Positions 28,923 to 39,482 of a stretch of DNA of 64,000 bases are shown here, piece by piece. This stretch comes from Anaeromyxobacteraceae bacterium (GTDB lineage: Bacteria; Myxococcota; Myxococcia; Myxococcales; Anaeromyxobacteraceae), in assembly GCA_047602405.1 (NCBI GenBank), contig JASGHJ010000001.1:96001-160000 (forward strand), in the 5' to 3' direction. Under the pieces are notes generated by a model. That model worked only from the letters and a program-made list of their open reading frames with translations. It was not told where the DNA came from and made no database searches. The first letter of the stretch is position 1; each line of letters begins with the position of its first letter. The translations under genes were made by a program, and so were the position numbers.

Positions 28923-30246
28923 GTGGAAACCTCCGAGGTCCCGCGCCGATGCGCGGGTCAACCGGCCCGACACCTCCTACCTCTTATCCTGTGCGCGGCC
29001 GCGGCCTCGATCGCCTGCACCACCCCGCCCGACCCGGTCCCCACCCTCCGCTGGTACGCGAACCCCGACAACGGCGGCCAGGCGCGCCTCGCCGCGCGCT
29101 GCGAGGCCGCCGCCGCCGGCCGCTACCGCCTCCACCTCGAGGAGCTCCCGCGCGACGCGACCGGACAGCGCGAGCAGCTCGTTCGCCGCCTCGCGGCGCG
29201 CGACGCCTCCATCGACCTCATGAGCCTCGACCCGCCGTTCCTCCCGGAGCTTGCGGAGGCCGGCTTCCTGCGCGCGTTCACGCCGGCGGAGGCTCACGCG
29301 CTCGAGGAAGGCACGCTGCCGGCGCCCCTCGCCTCCGCGCGCTGGCGCGGGCGGCTCTTCGGGGCGCCCTTCACCGCGAGCGCACAGCTCCTCTGGTTCC
29401 GGCGCTCGGTTCTCACGCGCGCCGAGCTCCCGGATCCCCTCCCGAGCCCCGCTCACCTGGGATGCGATCACCGCCGCCGCGGAGAAGACCGGAACCACCG
29501 TGGCCGTCCAGGGCCGCCAGTACGAGGGTTACATGGTCTGGCTCTCGGCCCTCGTGGCCTCCGCCGGCGGCGCCGTGCTCCAGCAGCCCGAACGAGGTCG
29601 CGAGGCGCGCCCACGCCTCGACTCGCCCGCCGGCCGCGAGGCCGCGCGGATCGTCGGGACCCTCGCACGCTCCAGGGCAGCGATGCCCGGCCTCTCGACC
29701 GCCGACGAGGAGGCCGCGCGCGCGGCGTTCCTCGGCCCGCGCGGTGGCTTCATGGTGAACTGGCCCTACGTCTGGCGCGCCGCGAACGAGGCCGTGCGCG
29801 CCGGCGCGCTCGACCCGGCCGTGCTCGCCGACGTCGGCTGGGCGCGCTGGCCGCGCGTGCGCGCGGACCTGCCCTCGCGCCCGCCGCTCGGCGGAATCCA
29901 CCTCGCCGTCGGCGCCTTCTCGCGCCACCCGGACGAAGCGGTCGACGCCATCCGGTGCCTCACCAGCGAGGCGAGCCAGGCCGCCTACATGCTCGACGCC
30001 GGCAACCCGGCCGCGCGTGCAGCCGTGTACGACGACGCCGCGGTGCGCGCGGCGTTCCCGATGGCGGACCTCCTGCGCGAGTCGGTCCGCGACGCCGCCC
30101 CGCGCCCGCAGACACCCTTCTACCCGGACGTCAGCGCCGCGGCCGCGCGCGCGTTCCATCCGCCCGCCTCGGTCACGCCCGACGAGACGCCCGCCGCCGC
30201 CGACCGGCTCATCGTCGACGTCCTCCACGACCGGGTGCTCCTGTGA
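28923..30246 (+). CDS. sugar ABC substrate-binding lipoprotein (LpqY-like), frameshift near 29436-29439
   Basis: QREQLVRRLAARDASIDLMSLD, QLLWFR, QYEGYMVW, FMVNWPYV; the halves are in two frames; start uncertain. Confidence 0.8.
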
Positions 30247-31127
30247 CGCGCGCCGCCTCGCCGCGCACGGCCTTCCTGCTGGTCGCGCCCGCGGTCCTCG
30301 CGCTCGGCTCGGTCACCGCCTACCCGCTCGCCCACGCGGTCTGGCTCTCCTTTCACCGCCTCCGGCTGACCGAGCCCGGCACCCCGGCGTTCATCGGCCT
30401 CGAGGCCTACGGGGTCGTGCTGACGAATCCGCTCTTCTGGCGCGACCTCGGCCGCACCCTCCTCCTCGTCGCGATCACGGTCCCCGCCGAGCTCGCGCTC
30501 GGGCTCGCCATCGCGCTCGTGCTCCACCGGCCGGGCCGCGGGCGCGGGCTCGCGCGGGCGGCGACGCTCGTGCCCTACGGCATCGTCACCGTCGTCTCCG
30601 CGTACGCGTGGCGGTACGCGTTCGCGCTCGACACCGGCTTCGTGAGCGCCTGGCTGGGTCTCGGTGACCTCGCGTGGTTCGATCGCCCTGGCACCGCGCT
30701 CGCGACCATCTCCGTGGCGGAGATCTGGAAGACGACGCCGTTCATGGCGCTGCTCCTCCTGGCCGGGCTCGCCACGGTGCCCGACGAGCTCCAGGAGGCC
30801 GCCGAGCTCGATGGTGCCACCGCCTGGCAGCGCCTCTGGCGCGTCACGCTGCCCGCGATGCGCGGGCTGGTCGCGACCGCCGTGCTCTTTCGCGCGCTCG
30901 ACGCCTACCGCATCTTCGACTCGGTCTTCGTCATGACCGGCGGCGCGAACGGCACCGAGACCGTGAGCTTCCTCGCCTACCGGCAGGTCGTCACCCGCAC
31001 CGCGCTCGGCCTGGGCGCGACGGTCTCGATCCTGGTCTTCGGGGCGATGCTCGTGCTCGCCGCCGCGCTCGCCAAGGCGCTCGGGCTCGAGCCGCCATCG
31101 CAAACCGAGACCGGAGCCGACGCATGA
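30243..31127 (+). CDS. sugar ABC permease (SugA-like)
   Basis: WKTTPFMALLLLAGL, EAAELDGA EAA loop. Confidence 0.9.
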   Translation: MTRAASPRTAFLLVAPAVLALGSVTAYPLAHAVWLSFHRLRLTEPGTPAFIGLEAYGVVLTNPLFWRDLGRTLLLVAITVPAELALGLAIALVLHRPGRGRGLARAATLVPYGIVTVVSAYAWRYAFALDTGFVSAWLGLGDLAWFDRPGTALATISVAEIWKTTPFMALLLLAGLATVPDELQEAAELDGATAWQRLWRVTLPAMRGLVATAVLFRALDAYRIFDSVFVMTGGANGTETVSFLAYRQVVTRTALGLGATVSILVFGAMLVLAAALAKALGLEPPSQTETGADA

Positions 31128-31950
31128 CCCGCGCCGCGCGCGCCCGGCTCCGAGCCGCCGGCACCCTGGCCGTCGTCGCCTGGAGCCTCCTCCCGGTGGC
31201 CTGGGTCGCCTCGCTCTCGCTCCGGCCCGGGCCGGACCTCGCGAGGCATACCTTCTTTCCCGGCGCGCTCACGCTCGAGCACTACCGGGAGGTCTTCTCC
31301 TCCCGCTCTTCCTCGAGGCGCTGCGCAATTCCGTCGGGGTCTCGCTCCTCGCCACCGCCTCCTCGGTCGGCCTCGCCGCGCCCGCCGCCTGGGCGGTCGC
31401 GCGCCTCACCTTCCCGGGCCTCCGCCTCGTGCTCTGGGCCGCGCTCGCGGTCTCGACCTTCCCCGCGGTCGCGCTCGTGAGCCCGCTCTTCGACCTCTGG
31501 CGCCGCACCGGCCTCTACGACACCTGGCCCGGCCTCGTGCTCGCGCACCTGACCTTCGGGGTCCCGCTCGCCCTCTGGATCCTCACCTCGTTCTTCCGCG
31601 AGGTGCCGCGCGAGCCCGAGCAGGCCGCCCGGCTCGAGGGCGCCGCGGGGTGGCAGGTCCTCCGGCACGTCACGCTGCCGCTCGCCGCGCCCGGGCTCGC
31701 CACCGCCGCGATCCTCGTGTTCCTCGCGTCGTGGAACGACTTCGTCTTCGGGATCTCGCTCACCTCCACCGGCCGCGCCCGCCCGGTGCCCGCCGCGCTC
31801 GCGTTCTTCGCGGGCGGCTCGCAGTTCCAGGAACCCACGGGCGCGATCGCCGCGGCCGCGGTGGTGGTCACCGTGCCGGTCGTCGCCCTCGTGCTCCTGT
31901 TCCAGCGGCGCATCGTGGCGGGGCTGACGGCGGGGGCGGTGAAGGGGTGA
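31124..31950 (+). CDS. sugar ABC permease (SugB-like), frameshift near 31302-31304
   Basis: ATGA overlap; AARLEGA, WNDF, FQRRIVAGLTAGAVKG. Confidence 0.85.
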
Positions 31951-31954
31951 GGCG

Positions 31955-32236
31955 CTACGCCCGCTGCTCCACCTCGCTCCCGGTCCCGAGCGGCGCCCGC
32001 ACCCTGCCCGCGTCCCTGAGCCTTGGCCCGACGATCGCGAGCGCCACGCCCGCGATGCCGACGAGCGCATAGACCACGCGCGAGGCCCCGCTTGCCGGCG
32101 TCTGCGAGTCGGTCCCGAAGATCGCCCGCACGAGATCGAAGTCGAAGAGGCCCACGAGCCCCCAGTTCACCGCGCCGATCACCGCGAGCCACAGCGACAC
32201 CTGCCCCACCACGTTGCTGCCGGCCCTCTCCTGCAT
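31955..32236 (-). CDS. DUF378 small membrane protein
   Basis: IGAVNWGLVGLFDFDLV...YALVG signature. Confidence 0.85.
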   Translation of the reverse strand: MQERAGSNVVGQVSLWLAVIGAVNWGLVGLFDFDLVRAIFGTDSQTPASGASRVVYALVGIAGVALAIVGPRLRDAGRVRAPLGTGSEVEQRA

Positions 32237-32529
32237 GGCTTCCTCCCGCCCGCCCGCTCTTCCGCCGGTGGCGTGAATGCGCTCCTCGTGAATTCGAGGT
32301 CCCATCGATGGGGACCGCCACCGCGAAGGGCAACCCGGCTCGGCCATCCGCGCCTGCCGCTGCCGGACCGCTGATCGCTTCGCGCCGGACTTGCCGCCGG
32401 TCCAGTCCGCACGCGCCTGCCCGCTCCCACCCGGGCTCACGCGCCCGGGTGCGCCAGCCGGGCGCTGCGTCATCGGGCGGCGTTGACCTCGCCCCCGCCC
32501 GGCGCGCCTGCTCGGTGACGGAGGTGTCC

Positions 32530-33147
32530 ATGGCCGAGCAGCTCACGCTGGACCGCCGCACGACCGCCATGGTGGTCGTCGACATGCAGAACGCCTTCCT
32601 GGACCCGAAGGGCTCGCTCGGACGCATGGGCGTGCCGATGGAGCGGACGCGCCGGCCGGTCCCGCACGTCGAGCGCCTGCTCGTCGCGGCCCGCTCGGTG
32701 AAGGTGCCGGTGGTGCACCTGCGCTTCGTGCTCCAGAAGGACCTCGCCGACCTCGGCGTGCTCGGCGTGAAGTTCCCGCCGCTGCGCGAGCTCGGCCACT
32801 GCGCCGAGGGCTCCTGGGACGCCGACTACTACCCCGGCATGAAGCCCGAGCCCGGCGATCACGAACTCGTGAAGAACCGGTTCAGCGGCTTCCACGGCAC
32901 GGGCCTCGACTCGCTCCTCAGGAACCTCCACGTGGACACGCTCGTCGTCTGCGGCGTCGCGACGAACGTCTGCGTCGAGTGCACGGTGCGCGACGCCTTC
33001 ATGCACGACTACCGCGTCGTCGTCCCTGCCGAGGCCACCGGCTCGTACACCGAGGAGATGGAGGCCCACGCGCTTGCCGCGATGGCGTTCTCGTTCGCGA
33101 CGGTCACCCGGGTCGACGAGGTCGTGCGGGCGCTCCACGGCCCGTGA
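32530..33147 (+). CDS. isochorismatase-family cysteine hydrolase
   Basis: [38 protein letters not shown]. Confidence 0.9.
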   Translation: MAEQLTLDRRTTAMVVVDMQNAFLDPKGSLGRMGVPMERTRRPVPHVERLLVAARSVKVPVVHLRFVLQKDLADLGVLGVKFPPLRELGHCAEGSWDADYYPGMKPEPGDHELVKNRFSGFHGTGLDSLLRNLHVDTLVVCGVATNVCVECTVRDAFMHDYRVVVPAEATGSYTEEMEAHALAAMAFSFATVTRVDEVVRALHGP

Positions 33148-33202
33148 CCCCGTCGCCGCGACGACACCCCTTCCCGGTGACGCCGGGCCCCCTCCGCTTT
33201 CG

Positions 33203-33232
33203 TTGACAGGCGGGGCGCCGCCACCTTACTTC
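33203..33232 (+). promoter_or_regulatory. putative sigma70 promoter for nhaA
   Basis: Perfect TTGACA at 33203-33208 and a weak -10 (TTACTT/TACTTC) 17-18 bp later. Confidence 0.4.
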
Positions 33233-33237
33233 TGGCC

Positions 33238-33283
33238 CGGGTGCGGCGCTTCCCGCCGCAGGATCCGGAGCAGTCGGGCCGCT
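33238..33283 (+). ncRNA. probable nhaA-I motif RNA (Li+/Na+ riboswitch)
   Basis: GGGTG + hairpin TGCGGCG/CGCCGCA + GG...GTCGGGCCGC directly upstream of nhaA, matching my recollection of the nhaA-I layout. Confidence 0.65.
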
Positions 33284-33317
33284 GCTCTTCACGCGCCGTC
33301 TCGGCGCCTGGAGCCCC

Positions 33318-34643
33318 GTGCACCGGCCCCTCTCCGTGCCCGTCCGCCGCCCCATCTTCGGCGCCGTCATCGCCCCGATCCGCGCGTTCTTCGCGCTCGA
33401 GGCCGCGAGCGGCGTCGTGCTCTTCGCCGCCGCCGCCGCCGCGCTCCTGTGGGTCGACCTCGGCGGCGCCGCGAGCTACGAGGCCTTCCGCTCGCTCCCG
33501 CTCACGGTCGGGCTGGGCGGCGGGTCCGCCACGTTCACGCTCCGGCAGCTCATCGACGACGGCCTGATGACGCTGTTCTTCCTGCTCGTCGGCATGGAGA
33601 TCAAGCGCGAGCTCGTGCTCGGCGAGCTCCGGGTCCCCGCCCAGGCGGCGCTCCCGGCGATCGCAGCGCTGGGCGGCATGGTCGTGCCGGCTGCCCTCTA
33701 CGCGGCCTTCAACCACGGCGGCCCGGGGCGGCCGGGCTGGGGCATCCCGATGGCGACGGACATCGCCTTCTGCATCGGGGTGCTCACGCTGCTTCGCGCG
33801 CGCGTCCCGCACGCGCTCACCGTCTTCCTCACCGCGCTCGCGATCTTCGACGACATCGGCGGCATCATCGTCATCGCGATCTTCTACGGGAGCGGCGTGC
33901 ACGCGGCCTGGCTCCTCGCCGGCGCGGGCGTCGCGCTCCTGCTCGCGCTCGCGGGCCGGGCCCAGGTCGGCCATCCCCTCGTGTACGTCGGCCTCCTCGC
34001 GGCGCTCTGGTACGCGCTCCACCACGGCGGCGTCCACCCGAGCATCGCCGGGGTCGTGACCGGCCTCGCCGTGCCGGCCCGCACCCGGCGGCCCCCGGAG
34101 GAGACGCTCGAGGAGCTCGCCACCCACGCGGCCACGCTCGCGGAAGAGCGGAGCGACGAGGGCCGCGGCGGCGAGGCGCTCCTCGCCATCGAGCAGAAGC
34201 TCGAGGAGCTCGAGTCGCCGCTCGGCCGGTTCGTGCACGCGCTCCACCCCTGGGTGGCCTTCGGCATCATGCCGGCCTTCGCGCTCGCGAGCTCCGGGGT
34301 GGACCTGGGCGGCCTCGGCGCGGAGGCGCTCGCGAGCCCGATCGTGCTCGGGACCGCCGTGGCGCTCGTCGTCGGCAAGTTCCTCGGCATCTCGGCCTTC
34401 ACGCTCGCGGCCGTTCGCCTCCGGCTCGCGGCGATGCCCGGCGGCGCTTCGGTGCCGAAGCTGCTCGGCGTCGCGGCGATCGGCGGCATCGGGTTCACGG
34501 TGGCGCTCTTCATCGCCGGCCTCGCGTTCCCCGGCGCGCCGCGGCTGCTCGACGAGGCCAGGCTGGGCATCCTCGCGGGCTCGCTCGTGGCGGGGCTGCT
34601 CGGGAGCGCCGTGCTCCTCTCGACGCCGCGGACCGAGGCCTGA
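33318..34643 (+). CDS. nhaA: Na+/H+ antiporter NhaA
   Basis: [48 protein letters not shown]. Confidence 0.95.
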   Translation: MHRPLSVPVRRPIFGAVIAPIRAFFALEAASGVVLFAAAAAALLWVDLGGAASYEAFRSLPLTVGLGGGSATFTLRQLIDDGLMTLFFLLVGMEIKRELVLGELRVPAQAALPAIAALGGMVVPAALYAAFNHGGPGRPGWGIPMATDIAFCIGVLTLLRARVPHALTVFLTALAIFDDIGGIIVIAIFYGSGVHAAWLLAGAGVALLLALAGRAQVGHPLVYVGLLAALWYALHHGGVHPSIAGVVTGLAVPARTRRPPEETLEELATHAATLAEERSDEGRGGEALLAIEQKLEELESPLGRFVHALHPWVAFGIMPAFALASSGVDLGGLGAEALASPIVLGTAVALVVGKFLGISAFTLAAVRLRLAAMPGGASVPKLLGVAAIGGIGFTVALFIAGLAFPGAPRLLDEARLGILAGSLVAGLLGSAVLLSTPRTEA

Positions 34644-34760
34644 GCGCGGCCAGCGGTCGTTGGACGGGCCGCCGGGCGGCCGCCCCCGGGCCGAGCGTCG
34701 CGACCGCCGCCGTTGCGGGTCGCCGCGCCGGTCCTCAACGTTTCCGCGAAGGAGAGCCCC

Positions 34761-35144
34761 ATGCCCGGCCCGGACGACATCCCCGGAACCCTGCGCCGCT
34801 CGCCCGCGAAGGCGCAGCGCACCTGGAAGAAGACGCACGACCACGCGGTCGAGGAGTACGGCGAGGGCGAGCGCGCGCACCGCACCGCGATGGCGGTCCT
34901 GAAGCGCGGCTTCGAGAAGGTGGGCGACCGCTGGGCGCCGAAGAAGCGGCCCGGGCCCTCCGACCCGCGCTCGAAGAAGTCCACGCCGGAGAAGCGCGCC
35001 GGGAAGGGCGAGACCTTCGGCGGCGTCGACTTCGAGGGCCACACCGCCGGGGAGCTCCGCGAGCGGGCGAAGCGGCTCGGCGTCGGAGGGTACTCGCGCA
35101 TGAACAAGCGCGAGCTCGCCCGGGCGATCGCGAAGAAGGGGTAG
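34761..35144 (+). CDS. chaB: ChaB-family protein with C-terminal Rho-N-like domain
   Basis: SPAKAQRTW...[11 protein letters not shown]...FEKVGDRW; C-terminal [22 protein letters not shown]. Confidence 0.8.
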   Translation: MPGPDDIPGTLRRSPAKAQRTWKKTHDHAVEEYGEGERAHRTAMAVLKRGFEKVGDRWAPKKRPGPSDPRSKKSTPEKRAGKGETFGGVDFEGHTAGELRERAKRLGVGGYSRMNKRELARAIAKKG

Positions 35145-35926
35145 GCCGTCTCGCTCGCCTCGATGGGCGGCGCTCAGTGAAGGTGGATGATCTGGCCGCT
35201 CTGCCCCTCGAGCACCACCTCGACCGTGAAGCCGTCGACGCTCGCCGGGACCTTCGCGTAGACCTCCGACGAGGTCCAGCGGACCACGACCTCGGTCTCC
35301 ACGCCCTGGCCGATCACCTCGATCGGCCGCGCCGAGACGAACCACGGCTGGCCCCGGCACAGGATGAGCTGGATCACACCCGCGGCCCCGCACGCGACCT
35401 TCCACTCGCGGCACGCGCGGGCGTGAACCGGCCGCGGGACGGACCGGCGGCCGTGGCGCGGGCGAAGGAGCGCGATCGGCTGCTCGTGGAGTTCGTGAAG
35501 GGCGCCGACCCGCGCCTCCGCTCGAAGCTCCTGGGCGTGCTGCAGGCAACCGGTCGCCCGGGCCGCCCATGCCGCGAAGGCCGCGGAAGGCACTGCTCGC
35601 CGCCGCCGAACGGCGCCCCGAAGGGCGCCAACGTAGGCACAGGTGAGGCTTTTCGCGCCCTTACCAGGCCCCCGGCGGTGAGCCGGCCTTCCCCCCGGAC
35701 GGCCGGCGGGTCCCCCCGCCATGGAAGAAGGAGGTATGCCGTCCAGCTGGCCCCGCCGCGTCGGGCGGTCCGGTCTTCCCCTCCCACGAAATTGTTGCGT
35801 CACCCTCTGGATCTTCCGCTCCAGATCCACTACACGTTTCCGTCGCCATCCGCTCAGGACGGCAGCAGCAAGGCGCGGGGCAATTTCAGCACCGCGTTAA
35901 CAGAGAGAAAAGAGAACGTACAAAGC

Positions 35927-36130
35927 ATGGCTTCCGGTACCGTGAAGTGGTTCAACGACGCGAAGGGCTTCGGCTTCATCACCCAGACGGACGGTGGTGA
36001 GGACGTCTTCTGCCACCACACCGCCATCCAGGCCGACGGGTTCCGCACCCTCGCCGAGGGCCAGAAGGTGGAGTTCGACGTGGTCCGCGGCCCCAAGGGC
36101 CTGCAGGCCGCGAACGTCCGCGCGGTCTAA
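35927..36130 (+). CDS. cspA: cold-shock protein
   Basis: [34 protein letters not shown]. Confidence 0.95.
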   Translation: MASGTVKWFNDAKGFGFITQTDGGEDVFCHHTAIQADGFRTLAEGQKVEFDVVRGPKGLQAANVRAV

Positions 36131-36155
36131 CCACCTCGCGACGACGTCACACGGG

Positions 36156-36182
36156 AACCCGGCCGCTCGCGGCCGGGTTTTC
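36156..36182 (+). terminator. intrinsic terminator after cspA
   Basis: AACCCGGCCG-CTCG-CGGCCGGGTT hairpin followed by T residues. Confidence 0.75.
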
Positions 36183-36216
36183 GCGTTTCAGGAGTCCGAC
36201 GTCGCGAGGGCGACGC

Positions 36217-36648
36217 TCAGCCCCGCGCGACCCCGAGCGCCTCGAGCCGCTCCCGCACGCTCCCCACGCAGCGGTCCTCGTCGCCGCGCCCGTGCTCCGG
36301 CGCCGCGCACCTCACCCGGAGCGTGACGGCGACCTCGTCCTGGGTGCGATCGTCCGGCGCCTCGTAGAGCTTCTGCGTCGCCGGGATCACCTCCGCCCGG
36401 TCGCCGGCGCCGGCCTCCGCGGCGACCTGCTCCGCGAAGCTCCGGAGCTCCCCGAGCAGGCGCTCGCACGCGGGGCACCCCGGCGTGCCGAGCCGCTCGC
36501 GGTCGTGGTGGGCGAGCAGGCGCACCCTCACGCCCACGAGCTCGGACCCGTCGCCCGTCTCGCCCTCGACCGGGTCCGCCTCCTCGCGCTCGAGCTCGTA
36601 CCGGACGTGCGCCGTCCGCACGAACTCCGGCTGTCCCTGGCTGTCCAT
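36217..36648 (-). CDS. hypothetical protein with CxxC
   Basis: 143-aa ORF with PGCPAC and high-GC3 codons. Confidence 0.7.
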   Translation of the reverse strand: MDSQGQPEFVRTAHVRYELEREEADPVEGETGDGSELVGVRVRLLAHHDRERLGTPGCPACERLLGELRSFAEQVAAEAGAGDRAEVIPATQKLYEAPDDRTQDEVAVTLRVRCAAPEHGRGDEDRCVGSVRERLEALGVARG

Positions 36649-36715
36649 GCTGCAAACCTGGGGATCCCTCCTTCGCCCTTCGCATGGGGCCTCCCCATCC
36701 TGTAGGGTGCGCACC

Positions 36716-37663
36716 GTGACCGACCCCAACACCCCGTCCGCCCCGCCGCCGCCCCTCATCCCCGTCGGTGCCCACGTCACGAGCCGCCACGCTCCGGAGT
36801 GGGGCAAGGGTGTGGTGATGAGCCGCGACGGCAAGCTCGTCCGGGTCCTCTTCTTCGCGCACCCGGCGAAGAAGCCCGTCGCGGTCCCGGCCACCTCGCT
36901 CGTCGTCGGCCACGTCGCGAGCTGGCCCGACCCGTCGAAGTACACGGGCCCCACTGGCGGCACGGCGGTGAAGGCGAAGTCGAAGGCGAAGGCGAAGCCC
37001 AAGGCGGCGAAGGTCGCGAAGCGCTCCCGCGAGGAGGGGCTCGCGTTCTTCAAGAACCTCTTCCCGGCCGGCTTCACCGACCCGCGCTACCTGAAGGAGG
37101 AGCGCGACTACAAGTGGGCCGCCCACGAGCAGTTCGAGCAGACGCTCGGCAAGGCCGAGCTCGCGCGGCTCATCGACGCGGGGGACGCGGCCGAGCTCGC
37201 GAAGCGCGCGCTCGCGGTCGAGACGGTCAGCCAGAACCTCCTCCACCCGATCGAGAAGGCGCGCCTCAAGGACGCCTTCGCCGACGCGGAGAAGACGCTG
37301 GGCTACTTCCGCGCGCTGAAGGAGCTGCTCGAGGCCGACGCGCCCGAGGGCGCCTTCGCCGGGTTCGTGAAGGCCGTCGAGGCGCTGCCGAGCAAGAAGG
37401 GCAAGGCGGCGAACTGGACGCTCACGACCATCATCCCGTTCCTCGCGCGGCCGGACACGTTCCTGTTCGTGAAGCCGAGCGCCACCCAGGAGTCGGCCGC
37501 GCGCTACTCCTTCGACCTCATGTACAAGCCGACGCCCTCGGTCGAGACGTTCGTGCAGCTGAAGGAGCTCGTGAAGCTGCTGCGCGCCGACCTCGATCCG
37601 CTCGGCTGCCGCGACCTCATCGACGTCTACTCGTACATCTACCGGTCGGCGAGCGAGGACTGA
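36716..37663 (+). CDS. DUF3553-like N-terminal domain protein
   Basis: VGAHV...PEWGKGVV SH3-like N-terminus; FPAGFTDPRYL; PFLARPD. Confidence 0.7.
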   Translation: MTDPNTPSAPPPPLIPVGAHVTSRHAPEWGKGVVMSRDGKLVRVLFFAHPAKKPVAVPATSLVVGHVASWPDPSKYTGPTGGTAVKAKSKAKAKPKAAKVAKRSREEGLAFFKNLFPAGFTDPRYLKEERDYKWAAHEQFEQTLGKAELARLIDAGDAAELAKRALAVETVSQNLLHPIEKARLKDAFADAEKTLGYFRALKELLEADAPEGAFAGFVKAVEALPSKKGKAANWTLTTIIPFLARPDTFLFVKPSATQESAARYSFDLMYKPTPSVETFVQLKELVKLLRADLDPLGCRDLIDVYSYIYRSASED

Positions 37664-37679
37664 TCCGCCCGAGCTCCGG

Positions 37680-38720
37680 TCACGGAGCCGACGGGGCGCG
37701 CTTCCCCGCGCCCGCCGCCTTCCGCCTGGCCGTCGCCTTCGGCGCCGGCGGCTTGGACACCGGCTCCTTCGACGCGGTCGCCTTCGACGCGGGCTCCTTC
37801 GCGACCTTCGCCTTCGCAGGCTTCGCGAGCGCCACCTGCATGAAGACCTCGACGTCCGCGTGGTCGCGGGCGCCGAGCGGCTTCAGCTTCTCGAGCAGTC
37901 CGGCCGACGCGGCCACGATCGATGCGTAGCTCGTCCAGCTCGGCACGGCGTCGTAGGTGACGTCGAGCTCGAGCCGCTGCGCCGCCTCGCGGGCAGCCCG
38001 CGGCCGCACGAGCACGTGCAGGTCCGGCCGGGCGAGGAACGGGAAGAGCGTGATGAGCCGCCAGCCGGTCTCGGCCTCCTCGAGCTCGAGCTCGGCGACG
38101 GCGGCCGCGAGCGCCTCGAACCTGGCGCGCTGCGGGCGCACGGCGCCGACGAACGCGAACAGCGCCTGCCAGTAGGCAGCGGCGCGATCGGGGTCGGCGA
38201 GCCAGGTGTCGATGGGCTCCCGGTCGGCCTCCCGGGCCTGCACCTTCAGGTGCTTCTCGATCTTGCGCGCCCCCTCGAGGAGCGCGCGGAGCTGGCCCGC
38301 GTCGAGCAGCTTCTCCCCGCGGCCGTCGCCGAAGGTCGCCGCGTACTCGTCGACCGCGCGCCGCCAGCGCACCGCGCGGTCGCTCCTCGCGCCGTCGCCC
38401 TCCAGGTAGGCGGGATCCCGGAACGCGGCCGGGAACTCGGCCGTGAACCGCTCGACCGCCTCCTGGTGCGAGAGCGAGGTCGCGGCGCGACCGTAGCGGC
38501 CGGACTTCTCGTCGAGCACGAAACCGGTCAGGCCGGAGAGCCAGGGGTTGGACGCGGGCGCCGGCGTGAAGAACGGGAGCGCCATCGGCAGCCGCAGCTT
38601 GGTCGCGTGGCGGGGATCGCCGTCCGCGAAGACCACGTGGACCGCGGCCTTGTCGACCGCGACGACCTTGCCGAGCCCCAGCGACGCGTGCTTCACGAGC
38701 AACCCGCTCTTCAGCTCCAT
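37680..38720 (-). CDS. DUF3553-like N-terminal domain protein (paralog of 36716-37663)
   Basis: LVKHASLGLGKVV; FPAAFRDPAYL; PFLARPD. Confidence 0.7.
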   Translation of the reverse strand: MELKSGLLVKHASLGLGKVVAVDKAAVHVVFADGDPRHATKLRLPMALPFFTPAPASNPWLSGLTGFVLDEKSGRYGRAATSLSHQEAVERFTAEFPAAFRDPAYLEGDGARSDRAVRWRRAVDEYAATFGDGRGEKLLDAGQLRALLEGARKIEKHLKVQAREADREPIDTWLADPDRAAAYWQALFAFVGAVRPQRARFEALAAAVAELELEEAETGWRLITLFPFLARPDLHVLVRPRAAREAAQRLELDVTYDAVPSWTSYASIVAASAGLLEKLKPLGARDHADVEVFMQVALAKPAKAKVAKEPASKATASKEPVSKPPAPKATARRKAAGAGKRAPSAP

Positions 38721-38916
38721 CCCGCACTCCTCTGGCCGGGCACCCGGGCGAACGTCCTCCCGGGCCGCGCCGACGGCCGGCGAAATCCTCGTGTGGCCGA
38801 GGGGAGCCGCGTGTGGCGTGCGGGATCGCCGACGGGGGCGGGGATGCCGGCGGAGAGCGCCGGTGAATCAGGTATAACCCGGAGTTAGCTCGGGCGCACG
38901 CCCGACGCGGCCCGCG

Positions 38917-39096
38917 CTACCGCCGCTGCTTCAGCCGCTTCGCCTCGGCGCGCCCGGCCGCGCGGGCGCGGCTCTCGCTGCAGAAGGTCGCGTAGCGGCG
39001 GCCGTCGATCGTCACCTTCCACAGCTGCTTGTCGACGCGCTCCAGCTGGATCTGGTGCGCGCCCACCTGGAAGGAGACGACCGGGTTCGTGGTCAC
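38917..39096 (-). CDS. small basic hypothetical protein (59 aa)
   Basis: MTTNPVVSFQVGAHQIQLERVDKQLWKVTIDGRRYATFCSESRARAAGRAEAKRLKQRR; high-GC3; absent from the ORF track. Confidence 0.65.
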   Translation of the reverse strand: MTTNPVVSFQVGAHQIQLERVDKQLWKVTIDGRRYATFCSESRARAAGRAEAKRLKQRR

Positions 39097-39201
39097 TTCT
39101 CGCTATTTAGCACCCCGACCGGCCGTTCGCCTCCTTTCCGCCCACCACGTGGGGACCCGGATGACCGTGCAGCGGCGGCCGCGGCGGCGTATCACCGGAG
39201 G

Positions 39202-39426
39202 ATGAACGACGGCTTCGGCGCGGTGAAGGCAAGGATGCGGGCGCTCGACGCGCAGCTCACCTCGCAGCAGGGCGGGACGCTCGGGAACCTCGAGTTCGCG
39301 CGCGCGCTCTCGAAGGCGCGCCGCCTGCTCCGCGACGGTGACCGCACCCGCGAGCCCACCCGCGAGCTCCTCGCCGCCGTCGAGCTCGCCGAGAACCTCG
39401 GCCGGCTCGTGGTCCGCACGGCCTGA
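39202..39426 (+). CDS. hypothetical protein (74 aa)
   Basis: ATG after GGAG; high-GC3 codons. Confidence 0.6.
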   Translation: MNDGFGAVKARMRALDAQLTSQQGGTLGNLEFARALSKARRLLRDGDRTREPTRELLAAVELAENLGRLVVRTA

Positions 39427-39482
39427 GGTCGAGACCGCCGCTCCCGCCCGTCATGTCCGCCCCGGCGCGATGATCGCGCCCC

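Noticed and set aside
35174..35600. Coding-like fragments on both strands between chaB and cspA
   Set aside because: A minus-strand tail ([18 protein letters not shown]) and a plus-strand stretch ([18 protein letters not shown]) look protein-like, but no start or family could be supported.
33074..35926. Apparent 1018-aa protein ending in a cold-shock domain
   Set aside because: Off-frame read-through across nhaA and chaB; the real cspA starts at 35927.
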